Shown: positions 1 through 13,740 of the stretch, in pieces | Position numbering within the stretch: position 1 is the first letter of the stretch | Layout: every line of letters starts with the position of its first letter | Origin: Paramecium tetraurelia | Taxonomy: Eukaryota | Direction of reading: 5' to 3' | DNA: 64,000 nucleotides | Assembly: GCA_000165425.1 (NCBI GenBank) | Contig: CT868010.1 | Coordinates: forward strand, 1 to 64,000 | The notes under the pieces: model-generated | What the model saw: the letters and a program-made list of their open reading frames with translations, nothing else | The model's database searches: none | What the model was told of the DNA's origin: nothing | Program-made: the position numbers and the translations under genes

Positions 1-210
1 AAGACCCTAGACAGCCCGAGTTTGTTCTGTATTGATATCCATCTAGGGGGAGACATGGCTCTTCGTCAAGTGGGGAGACTCCTATTCTGTCACATTGATG
101 TTATCGCTGTTATAGGGGCACTCATATGTTAGTAAATATGAGTTTACACGTCTGACCCACAAGCGTCCATGTCTCAAATATTAACTCTTATCCGGGGACA
201 CCCTTCGAAA
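1..210. other. GC-rich (~45%) self-complementary terminal segment of unknown identity
   Basis: 94/210 GC by hand count versus a much more AT-rich flank. Nested complementary pairs: CCCTAGA/TCTAGGG, GAGACATGG/CCATGTCTC, GTGGG/CCCAC, AGAC/GTCT, CCTAT/ATAGG, ACTCATAT/ATATGAGT. Confidence 0.4.
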
Positions 211-1027
211 TAAAAGTTAATTTAATTTTTCGATTGAGAATAATAAATTAAAAGATTATATGATTTAGATTAATAGAATTACCTATCAATCAGATTTGTA
301 TATCTTTTGATTTAATAAATTTAATGGAAGAACTAAATAATTAATTTGCCCAAAAATGTAAAGGATAGTATGAGCAGATTTGAACTAATCCGTTGAAAAC
401 CCATTCTTCGTTCAGAAATGCAATATTGATCAGAACCTAGTGTTCAAATCTGTAAAAGAGGCTCAATGCACAAAATCATATTTGAAGAACATAATGTATT
501 TGAAAATTTAAGGTAACTATGGATTATCCCCTTTAGTTCATAAGACATCGCACCTAATATTCCTGGCTTTACACTTTTTTATATTCTTCATGATTAATGA
601 TCTAATAAAACTAGGCATTGAAAGAAATAAGTATTTGTGAAAATCAATTCATTCCACATATTTTAATCCTTTTCCTATAATTGCCATTAACCTATTTAAA
701 GATGAGAATAGTTATGATTATAGATCACGTGATATCTATTTGGCTTAAATTAGATTCCATTTCTATCTAAATTATAACTATCATATCATACTCCAAATAT
801 CATATTTATAATCTAAAACTGCAACTTTTGAAATATTATCGATTTCTACATTTTAAAGTTCCCAATACATCTATCTCATTCAATAAAAATAATGAACATC
901 AGATGATATAGAGATCAGGAATTGCAGCTATGATTAAAATCGCAGATACTTACCCTAAACATAATTCATTAGAAGCATATAACATTAGAAATTAAATGTT
1001 ATTCATCTAAACCACTTTGCACAAAAC

Positions 1028-1177
1028 NNNNNNNNNNNNNNNNNNNNNNNNNNNNNNNNNNNNNNNNNNNNNNNNNNNNNNNNNNNNNNNNNNNNNNNNN
1101 NNNNNNNNNNNNNNNNNNNNNNNNNNNNNNNNNNNNNNNNNNNNNNNNNNNNNNNNNNNNNNNNNNNNNNNNNNNNN
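1028..1177. other. Assembly gap (150 N)
   Basis: Run of N bases. Confidence 0.99.
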
Positions 1178-2090
1178 TTAAAGTTAAAAGACAGAGCTGG
1201 TGATGTCTTTATTATAATTGATAGATAATGACAACAGAAAGTGGTGTTAGAATGGAAAAAGTTGTGAATGATTATTTGTTAATGTGTTTTTATAATTGGA
1301 AGGGTTTGGAATTAATAAATAATTAGAAATGATAAGTCTCAATTAATTGCTTATTTATGTAAATCAAATTGAATAATAACCGAGTAAGCGCAGATTCTGA
1401 TCACACATCTAGACATTATATTAGATAATTATCATGAATGAAGGTGAGAGTGAAATACTTTTGATTAGAAGTTTTTGTCAATTATTTATTTATAAATTCT
1501 TTTTTCTTAAAGTAAATAATAAATGATATTTATTATGTTCTATTTTTAATAACATAATTCTTATCAAATTGATATGTCTGAGCATTGTCAATTTCTATAA
1601 ATTTGAATTCTTTCAGAGCAATTTTAAGTTGGAATGTATTCCTAAACACTAGGTACAAGATATGTTGATTTTCGGAATAATTTGTTGAAATTTCAGTTAT
1701 TTAAGTGAAAGGAGATTGAAAAGTTATTATACAAAAACATTTTAGATTAATGACAGTATTCTAATTGGAAAATACTGTAATGATACCTATTATCACTTAG
1801 TTGTTATAATAAATTTAGAAAATTAAGGAAAACCTTAGTTACAATTAAAGATTGATGGTTGAATAACGGGGTAAGAATGTGAAGATATTCCTTAAATAGA
1901 TAAATTTAATTATTTAATTACATAACAAGGTATTTTATTCACTAATGTAGTGAGTATTTTTTGATATATTCAAATTAAGAAATCAATTATTTAGAAATCA
2001 ATAGATTCTTATAAAATTAAGTATCATATATTATAATACAATATTCATTATAGAAAATGCTTACTTTAGAATGGCTTTTAATCAATTTAA

Positions 2091-5000
2091 TCATTAGAAA
2101 ATGTTAGAAGAAGCAGGAACTTATCTGTTACCTTAAAAAACTCCAAGTATTAATTAAGCAATTTTTCTAATTTGCTTATACTTCTGAAAAATATATCTCC
2201 ATTGTTAAAATCCATCAATCCCCAATTAAATAAATAAAATTGCAGTCATACAAAAAATGCAAGACCATCCAAAATATTATCGAATCTCATATGTAAAATA
2301 ATCTAACTCGTATTCACAAGTCAAAATTGTAATATTTAAAAGCGTACAAGAGATGCTAACTTCAGAAAATAACTATTTAAAATACTCCAATTTATCTTCA
2401 ATAGGATTGAAAAAGATATAAAATAAGCTCATCGAGATTGATAGAAGCATAATGCTGATCGTTTAAAAGGTTGGAAAATCATATGCGAAAATTAATAAAA
2501 GCATAAAGATAAGTTTTTTGATCAAAAGTATAGCATTAAGATATTTGGAAAACTGATTTTTTTTGATTCCATCAAAAATAGATCCATACTTAGCTTAAAC
2601 CTCCTAATTATTTAAAGCATAATTCTTCATCTACGATATTTTTATTACAAAATAGATGGTATATATATATATTGAACTTGCAACGCAAGCCAATAAAGAG
2701 CTGAATCTGACAAACAAATTTGATGAGTTAAGTTCTAAGGCATACAATTGCAATACTACACTGAAAGTAAAATCATATGCGGTAGCCATATGAGCACGTA
2801 AGATTCCACTATAGAAAAATTCTTAAATGATCATAAAACACAGCCTATTAATGACAAACTTAACAGTCAAAAAATATACTCCGATTTATACAAGCCTTGT
2901 ATTTTCAGTTTAAGATTCAGAATAAAACTTAAATTTGATTGAATATAAAATTTTAGGTATCACTTTTGCAATTGCATAGATACCAAAAAGTGAAAGCCAA
3001 ACTGTAGCAATTGTTGCAGAATTAATAATAAATAGTGATGTTACTTCATCACTTGCTACTTTCGTGGGTATCTTCTTCATTTGTTAAGTATCGAGTATTT
3101 CATCAATAAATCCCGAGAAATCAAAGATCTTTTAAATAAAGTTAAATTAGGCAAATCCAAAAAGTTCAAAATATGTTTATAAATTATAAGGGAGTTGTGT
3201 GTTGAGGTATTTCAAATAAGATAGCATTTAGAGAGTATCCAACAAGTTGAAAAAGACTTCCACTCCTCCGAATATCACTGATCCTCCACACATTGCTCCA
3301 ATAAAGTAGAGTACATAGGAGTTACTTTTAGTAGCCATTTACACTTGAGCAATGGCGGCATCATCTATAAATATAATTTTAGGGATAAGACAAGAGACTT
3401 CAGTTTCGATTTGGGAGTATCCTTCATTTGAATAAATGACAGATTTATTTAAGAATTTGACTAATAGGTTTTCATCTTACGAGCCTCTTGAGAAAGTGAT
3501 ATTTATCATTAAACTGAATTCTGATTAATTAAACTCATTGATTTATGAGGTATCCTGAGTGAGTTGAATGGACTGATCCATTTATTAGACACCAAGGCTG
3601 TTCGAGATGTGAAAGGTTAGATAATCTTTGATTTGAAAACCTTCTTTAATAACAATTGGAGTAATATAGTATAATTTAAATAATCGAGTAACTGAGTAGA
3701 CTTAAGAGGAACCTACACTCTATAGTAATGGTTTTGGATAGTTTGGTACGATACTTACACCATTTACAAATATATACTTACTTTCTAGTTTACAATAATT
3801 ATCACACCCATCACCTTTGATTTTATTGCCATCATCACATTCCTCCTCCTTTACTTTGATTTAATCTCCACATATATTTAAACAAGTTCCATTTTCCTCA
3901 TCAGCCAAATATCCAGATTCGCAGAGTTAGCACTTATGATTCTTTTGTTATGGAAACCTACAGCTTACACAATTATAAGCTTAATCAAGACATTCTAAAC
4001 AATTGATCGAGCATTCAACACAATCATTTTTATCTAAGAAATATCCTACTTCACATTTATTACATTTCGACTTTTTTGTTAAAGGATCAAGTTGGCATTA
4101 AATACAATGTGTTGAACATTGAAAACAAATTGACTACTTTAGTATTTCATTAGAGCAAGAATAATTATGATCAATCTTGCAATTCGAGCACCCATCTCTA
4201 ATTACATCATTACCATCATCACATTATTCTCCATATGTCCAAATTTTATCATTGCAATCCGAATACTTACAAATTTCTTAAGATTTCCCTTAATCAGTCA
4301 AACAAGAAATGCATAATGCATCTTCACTTTCAAAATAATCCTAAGCACACAAACATTTGTGATTCTTTAAAGTTCGATGTAATTTTTAATCACATGTCAA
4401 ACAATTAAATTTATCATCAATACAAGTCAAGCAAGATTAATGGCATTAGGAACAATTGTTCTCCTTCCAGAAGTACCCTGGGCTACATTTGCATTGAGCA
4501 TTTTCATCTAAGTGCAAATTAGATAATTGAAAACATTCTGAACATATTGATTTACTTAAGCATTTTTTACATGGATATTCACATTTATAACATTGATTCT
4601 ACTCTTCATAGTATCCAAATTTACAAATACATTAATCTTTAGAATTGATTTCGTAATTGGGTCTACAAGTAAGACATTTTTCAGAAACTTCATTACAAGT
4701 TAAACAATTTTGATTACATGCCTCGCATTTCTAATCCAATAGATAATAGCCATCGAAGCAAACATCACAAATTTATGGATCACCACATATCTTACAAGAA
4801 GAAACACATGCTTCACATTGAAACTATTAATTTATAAAGTATCCCTCTTAACAGGTTTAGCAAACACTTTGATCATAGCAAATATCGCAGTAATCAATAC
4901 ATTTTAAACATCTATTGATATTAGTTAGAAAGTATCCTTTTATACAACTATTACAACTATCAACTCCTTAACAATCTGAGCAATATTCATCGCAACAATA

Positions 5001-6486
5001 ATTTCCCTTCTTTACAAACCCTTCCTTGCATAGGCATTTAAAATTTTAGACTATCTAGTTTGGGTCCACACATGTTAAACATTGGTTAATAGCATTAATA
5101 CAAGTAGCACACGGGTTTAAACATTGAAGACACACATAACCTGATTAAACATATCCAGGTTTACAAATGCACTACTTATTGATATCCAGGATTTGATTTA
5201 CATCAATGCAGTTGATGCAACCATTTGTATCACATTCATAACATGGTTATTAACACTTTGCACAAGTTATTGGGCTGTCAGCATAATAAGTGGATTTGCA
5301 CACACATTATTTTGAAGTATTAACTTCCTGATTGATATCAAAACATGCTAAGCATTAAGAAGTAGATATCTCACAAGTCTTACAAGGTTATTAACATTGT
5401 ATGCAATAGTAATTAGTGTCAAAAATCCATCCAGGCTCACAAACACAAGTATCAGGAGATTAATGTGCTTGATCTTAACAGGTAACACATTTATTAATTG
5501 TATCTTCACATTCTACACAGGGTAATACACATTTTGTGCATGTTTCACCATCAGCATCTAAAAGCCAACCTGAATTACAAACACATTAATTTGAATTATT
5601 GACTGTTGAATTAGGATCTATACAACTCAAACAGTGGTTCTAATTCAATTAACAAGTTTCACATGGACTTACACATGCTTAACATGTCTAAGGATCCACA
5701 TAAAAATAGCCAGGGGAGCAATCACATTGATATAATGTAGTAGTACTTAATGTAAAAGTAGAGACGCAATCTGTACAATTAGTAGCATTATATTCACACT
5801 TGGAACATGGTGCTGTACAAGACTAACATTAATTTGATCCATCAGTATAATATCCATCAGCGCAAACACATTGATAATTGACTGCTGTTTTTTTGCTATC
5901 AATGCAAGCTGTACAAGAAGTTGAGGCATCGATGCACTCAGAACATGGGGATGAGCAAGTAAGACACGATGAACCAGAAAGATATTTTCCAGGATCACAC
6001 GATGTACAAGTAGTAGTAGTAGTTTCACAATTCTTGCAAGAAGCATCACAAACTGAGCAAAAAGTTCCAATTAGTAAATTATGATCCGCACAAGTTTAAC
6101 ATACAGTATTACTAGTACAAGTTTTACATTAAATAGGGCAAGTTGAACAATTACCGCCAGATAAGTAATAGCCAGGATAACATAATGAGCAAGATTTTTT
6201 TTTAAACGTAGGAGGGCATGTTGCACAAGAAACGAGACTACAAACTTGGCACCCATTTTAACATGAGTCACATAGATTAATAATAGGAACAACATAGTAG
6301 GCAGTTTTACATGTGCCACAAGAATAATCATTTGAACAACTTAAGCAATTAGATATACAATTCTTACATTAACCACTATCATCAAATTATCCTGGATCAC
6401 AACTCCAAGTTACTAAAATAGAATAAGGTATCCTTACATAAGCAGTTCATAAAAATGAGGTTGATTGTAAATAAGAAGTTGGACAT
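2091..6486 (-). CDS. Large Cys-rich surface membrane protein (furin-like repeats, Myxococcus Cys-rich/DUF4215-type repeats, multi-pass TM C-terminus)
   Basis: Signal peptide MSNFLFTINLIFMNCLLTWS; 25-nt intron 6413-6437; many CxxC..CxxC repeats; CGDQIKVKEEECDDGNKIKGDGCDNYCKLE and EQCDDGNDVIRDGCSNCKID; hydrophobic C-terminal helices; TGA at 2091-2093. Confidence 0.88.
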
Positions 6487-8134
6487 TAATAAAATAAATA
6501 ATATATAAATAAATAGATGATGCAATTAGGAATTAATAGATATAATTATAAGAGATTACAAAATATTAATCACTTTTTATTTGATCCCAGAGATTGAAAA
6601 TGATTTGTTGCTTGTAGAATTTCTATGTAGAATTTGTAAAAAGATTTACAAGTTTCTTTTTATACTTCTTACTTTATACTCGATTAACTAAATAGATTAA
6701 TATCCCTTTATAATATTATTAAAATTAAAAATTAAACAATTATTTGTTAAAGCGACCTGCTTTTAAGAAAATAACAATAGCAAGCTCACTCCAATTCAGG
6801 TTATTCATTTTGATTATACCTATCATGAGTATTATAAGGAATTTGAATTATAGAGTAAATTTGATTATTATTTAATAATTATTTTTTTTTCTGGGTAAAC
6901 GCAGGAATTAACTTTATAGTAAGAATGGAATTAAAATTGTTATAATATTTTTGTGTGGATCTAACTAATGAATATTTATTTTCTAATTTAGTCCAAATTT
7001 TTTTCAAAATCTAATTTTAGTGCCATTTTGAAAAAAAGGGTAAGAATTTTTTCAATTTTGAATCTAATAAAAGTATTAACTACTTTAATTTAATTTATAT
7101 TAACTTCTCATAAGACAAATGATGAAATTACTTATTATACCTCAAAATGATCTTAAATCTCTGTTACTCTATAAAATCTTATAAGAAATATATACTATTA
7201 CAAATTTAATATGTCACTTTGAAATTTTTGCATATATATGCTTAAGGAGTTATGAGGTGATTCAAATATCAAATTGCCATTTTATATGTTATTTAATAAA
7301 TTATTTTAATTTTAATATTTTGTTAAGTTAGAATTGTAATGAGACTTGAAAAGCTGACTTAATGTCAACTTCTTAAAAAGTTAAAAGTGTAGGCTAAACG
7401 AATAATAGAATTTAATAAATGGAAAATATCAATAGTAGACTAAAAGTTGAATTGAAAATTAATAGAATTTGGATGAACAAATTTGATCCCATATCAATTA
7501 GATCATGATTAATTTGTCAATTAATGAATTTATAATTAAAATCATTGAATTATTTAAATTGAATGTTAAGATAAACTTGATATTGCTATATCGATAAAAG
7601 TGTAAACCTCTTGCTTTATACTGATTAGAATTCTTTACATAAGTTATTGCTATTTTTCAAAATTTTCAGATGTGAGCCAATGCCTTTATTTGTCACAATC
7701 CCCTTTTTAATAAAAAATTGATTGATTTTCTAGAATTAAAGCATGCAAAATTATTCTAAATCATATATGTTGGCAATATGTTAGATATTTGAAACTCTTA
7801 TTATTCTATGCCTCTTTGCAATTTTCGATGATGTCTTTTGCTATAAAAATAGTATTTCCATTCTACATTATTCAATCGATATTGATAAAATTGAAGAATT
7901 CTGTAATTAGACATTTTCTAATTATTGTGCTGATTTGTAAATAAATGAATAGATTAGAGAACAACTTATATTTAATCAAAATGCAGAGGAAGAGGATAGA
8001 AATTGAACCTTTTAACATAGATACTAAAAGTAAATCTAAGAAAAATAAATATATTTGAAATTTATATTTTAGAAAAAATATTAGTATACTTAATGAGATA
8101 ATATTTAAATCGTATTCTCATTATATAACTAATA

Positions 8135-8608
<474 letters not shown>

Positions 8609-9804
8609 TTAAATTAAATTTAAAATACTCTTATTTATTGCTTGCTATATAAATATATAAATTTCTAGTTAACTGATAAATTCTGAAATCATAAAATATC
8701 TCAGTACTTTAATAATTCTTATTTTACTTTAAATAAATTAATTTTATAAATTTGAAATTACTAATACTAACTAAGTAAATAACTATATAATTTATCTATG
8801 GGTTATTTTTCAAAATTAATTAATTATTACAACAACAAATAATTTACTAAATTTGTTAAATATATCTAAATCTTTGAAAATCGTAATCATTCTATATGTA
8901 AATAGTATTTAAATAAAATGATTGAATTAATTTTTCAATTTGATTTTACTTAATTTTATAGAACCATAAGATGTATCATTTTAAATTTTATATATCAATT
9001 GGCTTAATCTATAAAATCAATTGAAAATTACGAGAATCTTAAAAAAGTAATAATACATTGAAGCATTAAATCAAATGAAATTTTATCACATATAATTTGT
9101 AAAAACTCCTATTATTCTATAAATATAAATTTAATAATGAAGATTAATGATGAAATAAACTAATTCTGATCATTCAAATAAATATCCAACTTAAACAATA
9201 AAAGTGGATAATGGTAGTATAAATTAATAAATAAGAGGTATATACAAACTTATCTACTCTCTTAATCTAATCTTTATTAATAAAGTAAATCAAATAGTGT
9301 CATTATTCTAAAGAAAATCGAATGATTTTATTTATAATATAGGATTTTTACGGATAACTTTATAGCGAACAAATATTTTTAATTATAACTGTTATTCTTA
9401 TGTTTGAATCTTATTGTTAGGTTAACATTGGCAAAGAAATGTATTGAAACTGTTTTGATACTTGTCTCATCCATCTTGAATATACTAAATATTTTCATAG
9501 AGGAATGCATTTTAAAATAAAACCAAAAACAATTAATAAGCAATAATTTGATTTACTAGTAATTAATTTAATTTAGTTGAATAACTTCAAAATTGTAGAA
9601 TATTAGAATTTAATTGATATTCTAAAACCTTATAATAAGATAATAAAAAGAGTGTATTTATTTCCTTATTATTTAATTAATAATTCCTTATTATAATAGA
9701 ACCAATATTATAATAATTATCGATTCCCCTTGTTAATTAATTTATAATATGACCAAGTATTTTCTTTCTTTTATGTCTAAATTAATTTATAGAAGATATT
9801 TAGA

Positions 9805-10906
9805 ATGTCTAGTATTAAACAATATACAGTTCTTTCCCATATAGGATGTGGATCAGAGCACCTCGTGTATAAAGCTTAGTTTAGTTAAAATTCTGAATTA
9901 TATGCAATAACAATTGAAAAATCTCCACTAATTGGCCAACTAGAGAATGAGATAAACATGTTGTAAAAATTAAGTGGAGTTGAAGGAGTTCCACAAATAA
10001 AGTAGTGGATTAACTAATGATAACAAGTAATATATAAATTAATTATTTAGACGGTTTTTGATTGAGCCATTATTGCCTAGTAGTTTATTAGATTTAGCAA
10101 AGTCAAGAACATTATCTTTGCCCTTAATAATGACGATTGGTTTAAGAGTAATAGAAATTTTAGAACAAGTTCATAAAAATAATATATTACATCTTGACAT
10201 AAAACCAGAAAATATCATGTTGTCTTATCTAATATCAAATGATCAATATTCCTAAAGCCTGGATTGATTCAACTGATTGACTTTGGATTATTACAGTAAT
10301 TCTTAGAGAATTCAGTGACTTTGAAAGATGTGTTTATTGGATCTATAAATTTTGCCAGTATATCTTCACACTAAGGAAAGCCTCTTGGGTATAAGGACGA
10401 CCTAGAAAGTGTATTGTATCTATTATTTTACTTAAAAGACTGTAATTAATAATTTTATATTGTTAGTGAAATTGCCATGGTTGGAGAAACAATTTTCCAG
10501 ATTTAAGTAAGTTGACTTAGACTAGGTTGGTAACAAAAAAAGCTTCTTTCTTTTAAAAATAGTATCCTAAAGAAAATTTAATATAGCCTTTTATCATTAT
10601 ATGTCTTATTTTGACAAATAGAGCATGATGTTATGCCAGATTACAATTATATCAAAGAGTTATTTGCTTAGATGATCTAAAAAGCCAATCTTTTGTAACC
10701 TTCGTCAAAAGAAGAGAGTGGGATACGAATTTGTGCTAAAATTTAGATAAGTTCATTGACAAGTTACACTGAAATCATAAAAAATTCACTTGAAAATTTA
10801 CAACTATAATATATGATATCTTTCTTGATAAAATATTGTCTTGATCTCTGATGTCATTGGAAAATATGCTACTACCACAATTAAAACTATAAAAGACATC
10901 AAATAA
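9805..10906 (+). pseudogene. Casein kinase 1-like pseudogene
   Basis: IGCGSEHLVY, HLDIKPENI, LIDFGL, GSINFASISSHQG..KDDLES, KLPW. Frameshifts near 10005 and 10250; VAIK lysine is Thr (YAITIE). 3' end approximate. Confidence 0.8.
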
Positions 10907-12289
10907 TATAAAGATACCTATACTACATGATATTATGAATTAATACTTAATTATGCAATCATAATATAAATCTATAATCGAAATATTTTTAACAGTTAAG
11001 ACTGTCAATTAATTTTTGCCAAACTAAACTAACTCAAAAACAAGTATGAATAGAACTAACTAAATTTGATTCTCAAATATCATATAAAGTGATAATATCA
11101 TAAATCACTTACTTATATTGAAGTAAATTTTTATAATATATAAAGTTGATTAAATAAATAATAACTATCTTATATTTAATATTTGATTCCAAAAAATTAA
11201 TTAATATGAATTAATAGATTAAGAACAATTAAACAATGTCTTAAAAAGATTAATGTAGCACTGCTATAAATTTTTTATTTAAACTGCATTATTTGCTTTT
11301 TACTGAAAATCATTATTTTACAAAATAAAATTTTCAATGAAGATTATTTGAAAGGTTATTACCTAGAGTACTAGATCATTTATTTATTTAACTGAAAATA
11401 TATTGTAAATAACTTTAGTGATTAAATCAATTATTTATATATTTTTATTATATATTTTTATACAATATATTAGTTTAAAAATTATGGAAGATATTCTTAT
11501 TAAAAGTAAATGTTATGCGGTCAATCTCCATTGCTATAAATGTACATTTAGTTGGATTCTAATCATTTTTTTAACTTTAAAATGACTTTAGGAAATTTAT
11601 GATTTAAATTAATTATTAACAAAATATAATTTCTCTATAAATTAATAATTGCTGATGAATAATATTGAGTAATAGAGTTTAAACGAAATAAGTCACTAGT
11701 GGTTTACAGATTTCTAAAATAAGAGTATCACTGTTGTGAGATGAATATCAAGTTGAGAAAAACCAATTATTGCCATCAATTACAATTTTACTACCTCTTT
11801 CTGACATCAGCCTGTTGATGCAATACTGAAGATGATTATAGTGAGAAGTGAGGAAGAGATGGAATTCATTTTTATTTGTTAACATATAACCATATTCTTT
11901 CTATTCTACTAACGTCCTACTTATACATTAGAAAATATTTAGAATCAGTCCATTTGGAAAAACAAGTACTTATTTTATCTTATTATATATTACAATAAAA
12001 AAAATGATTCTGTAATGAAAAAGTGAATTACTAATATTTATAATCTTTAGGATTCAATTATTATTTTTTATATATAATATCATTAATCTATAATTATAAG
12101 TGTTTCATAATTGAATTACGATTGTATGAATGATTCATCAAGACCTTACTAAATCAATTAAAATTTAGTCTATTTCTGGCAATTTTTTCATTGATGTGAC
12201 CAATATTAAAGTAGAGATTCTAAAGTTTTAGATTTCTAGATTTTATTAAAATTGATCCCAACGACAATGATCAAAACAGGAAATATCCT

Positions 12290-12600
12290 AAATCTCAAGT
12301 GATTTAGTATAATCTTATATTGACATTGTGCTCAATCTTAATGAATAGATGAGCTGAATATTTAATATATAACATACCTTAATTCTTTATTGAGGAGTTT
12401 TTGAAAAGAGAAATTTAAAGCTTTGATGCAATCTCCTAAGAAACTTTTTGGAAGAGAAAAAGTGCAGAGCCCTCTAGAGTTTATAATTGCACCTTCATTC
12501 TACATTGAAACCTATAGGATCAATTGCTAAAGCTTTTTGACTTTCAAGAGTTAGACTCTAACTCTCACTTGCTGATTTCTCAAGTTTTTAAGAAATAATA
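12290..12600 (-). pseudogene. Possible decayed TPR-containing gene fragment
   Basis: Fragments INSRGLCTFSL and IQDYTKSLEI resemble TPR helices; no clean start or stop found. Confidence 0.25.
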
Positions 12601-13740
12601 TATTAAATAATCAAATCTTTTTAAATTATGTTAAGAATTTTGCATAATGTAGTTATTCTAAGAAACTAAGAAATTACGTATAACTATTTTTAAAACAATA
12701 CCTAATATTGTTTAATGATTCAATGATTTATGTTCAGTTAATTTTAAATTTCTTTTTTTGAAAGAACTTAATATTCAGAGTAACATTTTATTGGACTTAT
12801 TTGATATTTTTAAATTCGCAAGTAATTCATTCAGATCTAGGAAAATTAAATGTGATTTTTTCATAGATCTGCGGCAAGTAAAATAACATGATATTTTTAA
12901 CAATAGATAATCCGATGCTCAAATTTTCTAACGATATAAATGCAACCATTTATGTTCTTTTCAGGAAGGGAATATTACATTTTTGATTATAATTTTAAGG
13001 ATAAGCATTTCTAGATGAGTGAACTTTAAGACAAAAGTTAAATATTTAATCTATTCCCACTCTTAATACTAGAACTATGATAATGTGGTGGTTATTAAAT
13101 TAAATGTTAGCTATATTATTCCAAAATCTATTATACTATTCAATCATTATTCACAATTTCTCCATGAGATTCAACATTGTTATATTACACTAAAATTGAA
13201 TCTAAATCATAATTTTTGGGATTGAAACCTTAATAGAGTAATTAGAATAAGAAATTAAATATTGAATTAAATTAATAAACAGGTTTACAAATTTAGAATA
13301 AAACATGAAGAGTTGTTAATCACTCATTGATCCTAATAACCATTATTAAATTTATAGATAAAAGTTTATTGTGACTTAAATTCTAAGTTCTTAGATAGTT
13401 TTCTTGGAATCTACTCCAGTATTGCAATTAAATTCGTCCTATCTAGAGGCAATTTTACGTATTTTAACTAAAAAATTTAAATTCTTGAAATATGCAAAAA
13501 TAGGTAGACTAAATATTTTGAGGACTCAAATATTATTTCAGGAATAATAAAGAAAATAATAGCTAAACGAAATTGAACTAACAAGAAAATTACAATAAGA
13601 TCCACATTTCTAAATAAATTTACCTTCCAAAAAGTAATTATTGACTTTTTTCAGAATACAAAAGTAAGAACTTATAAATTATTTAATATATTCTTTCTAA
13701 TATTTAATTTATTTATATTTAATATGTATCAACTATTAGT

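Noticed and set aside
5747..6331. Track ORFs 5747-6070, 5878-6084 and 6071-6331
   Set aside because: Off-frame or antisense shadows of the Cys-rich gene.
7600..8050. Possible RING-like gene remnant
   Set aside because: Cys/His spacing is inconsistent across frames; too degenerate to support.
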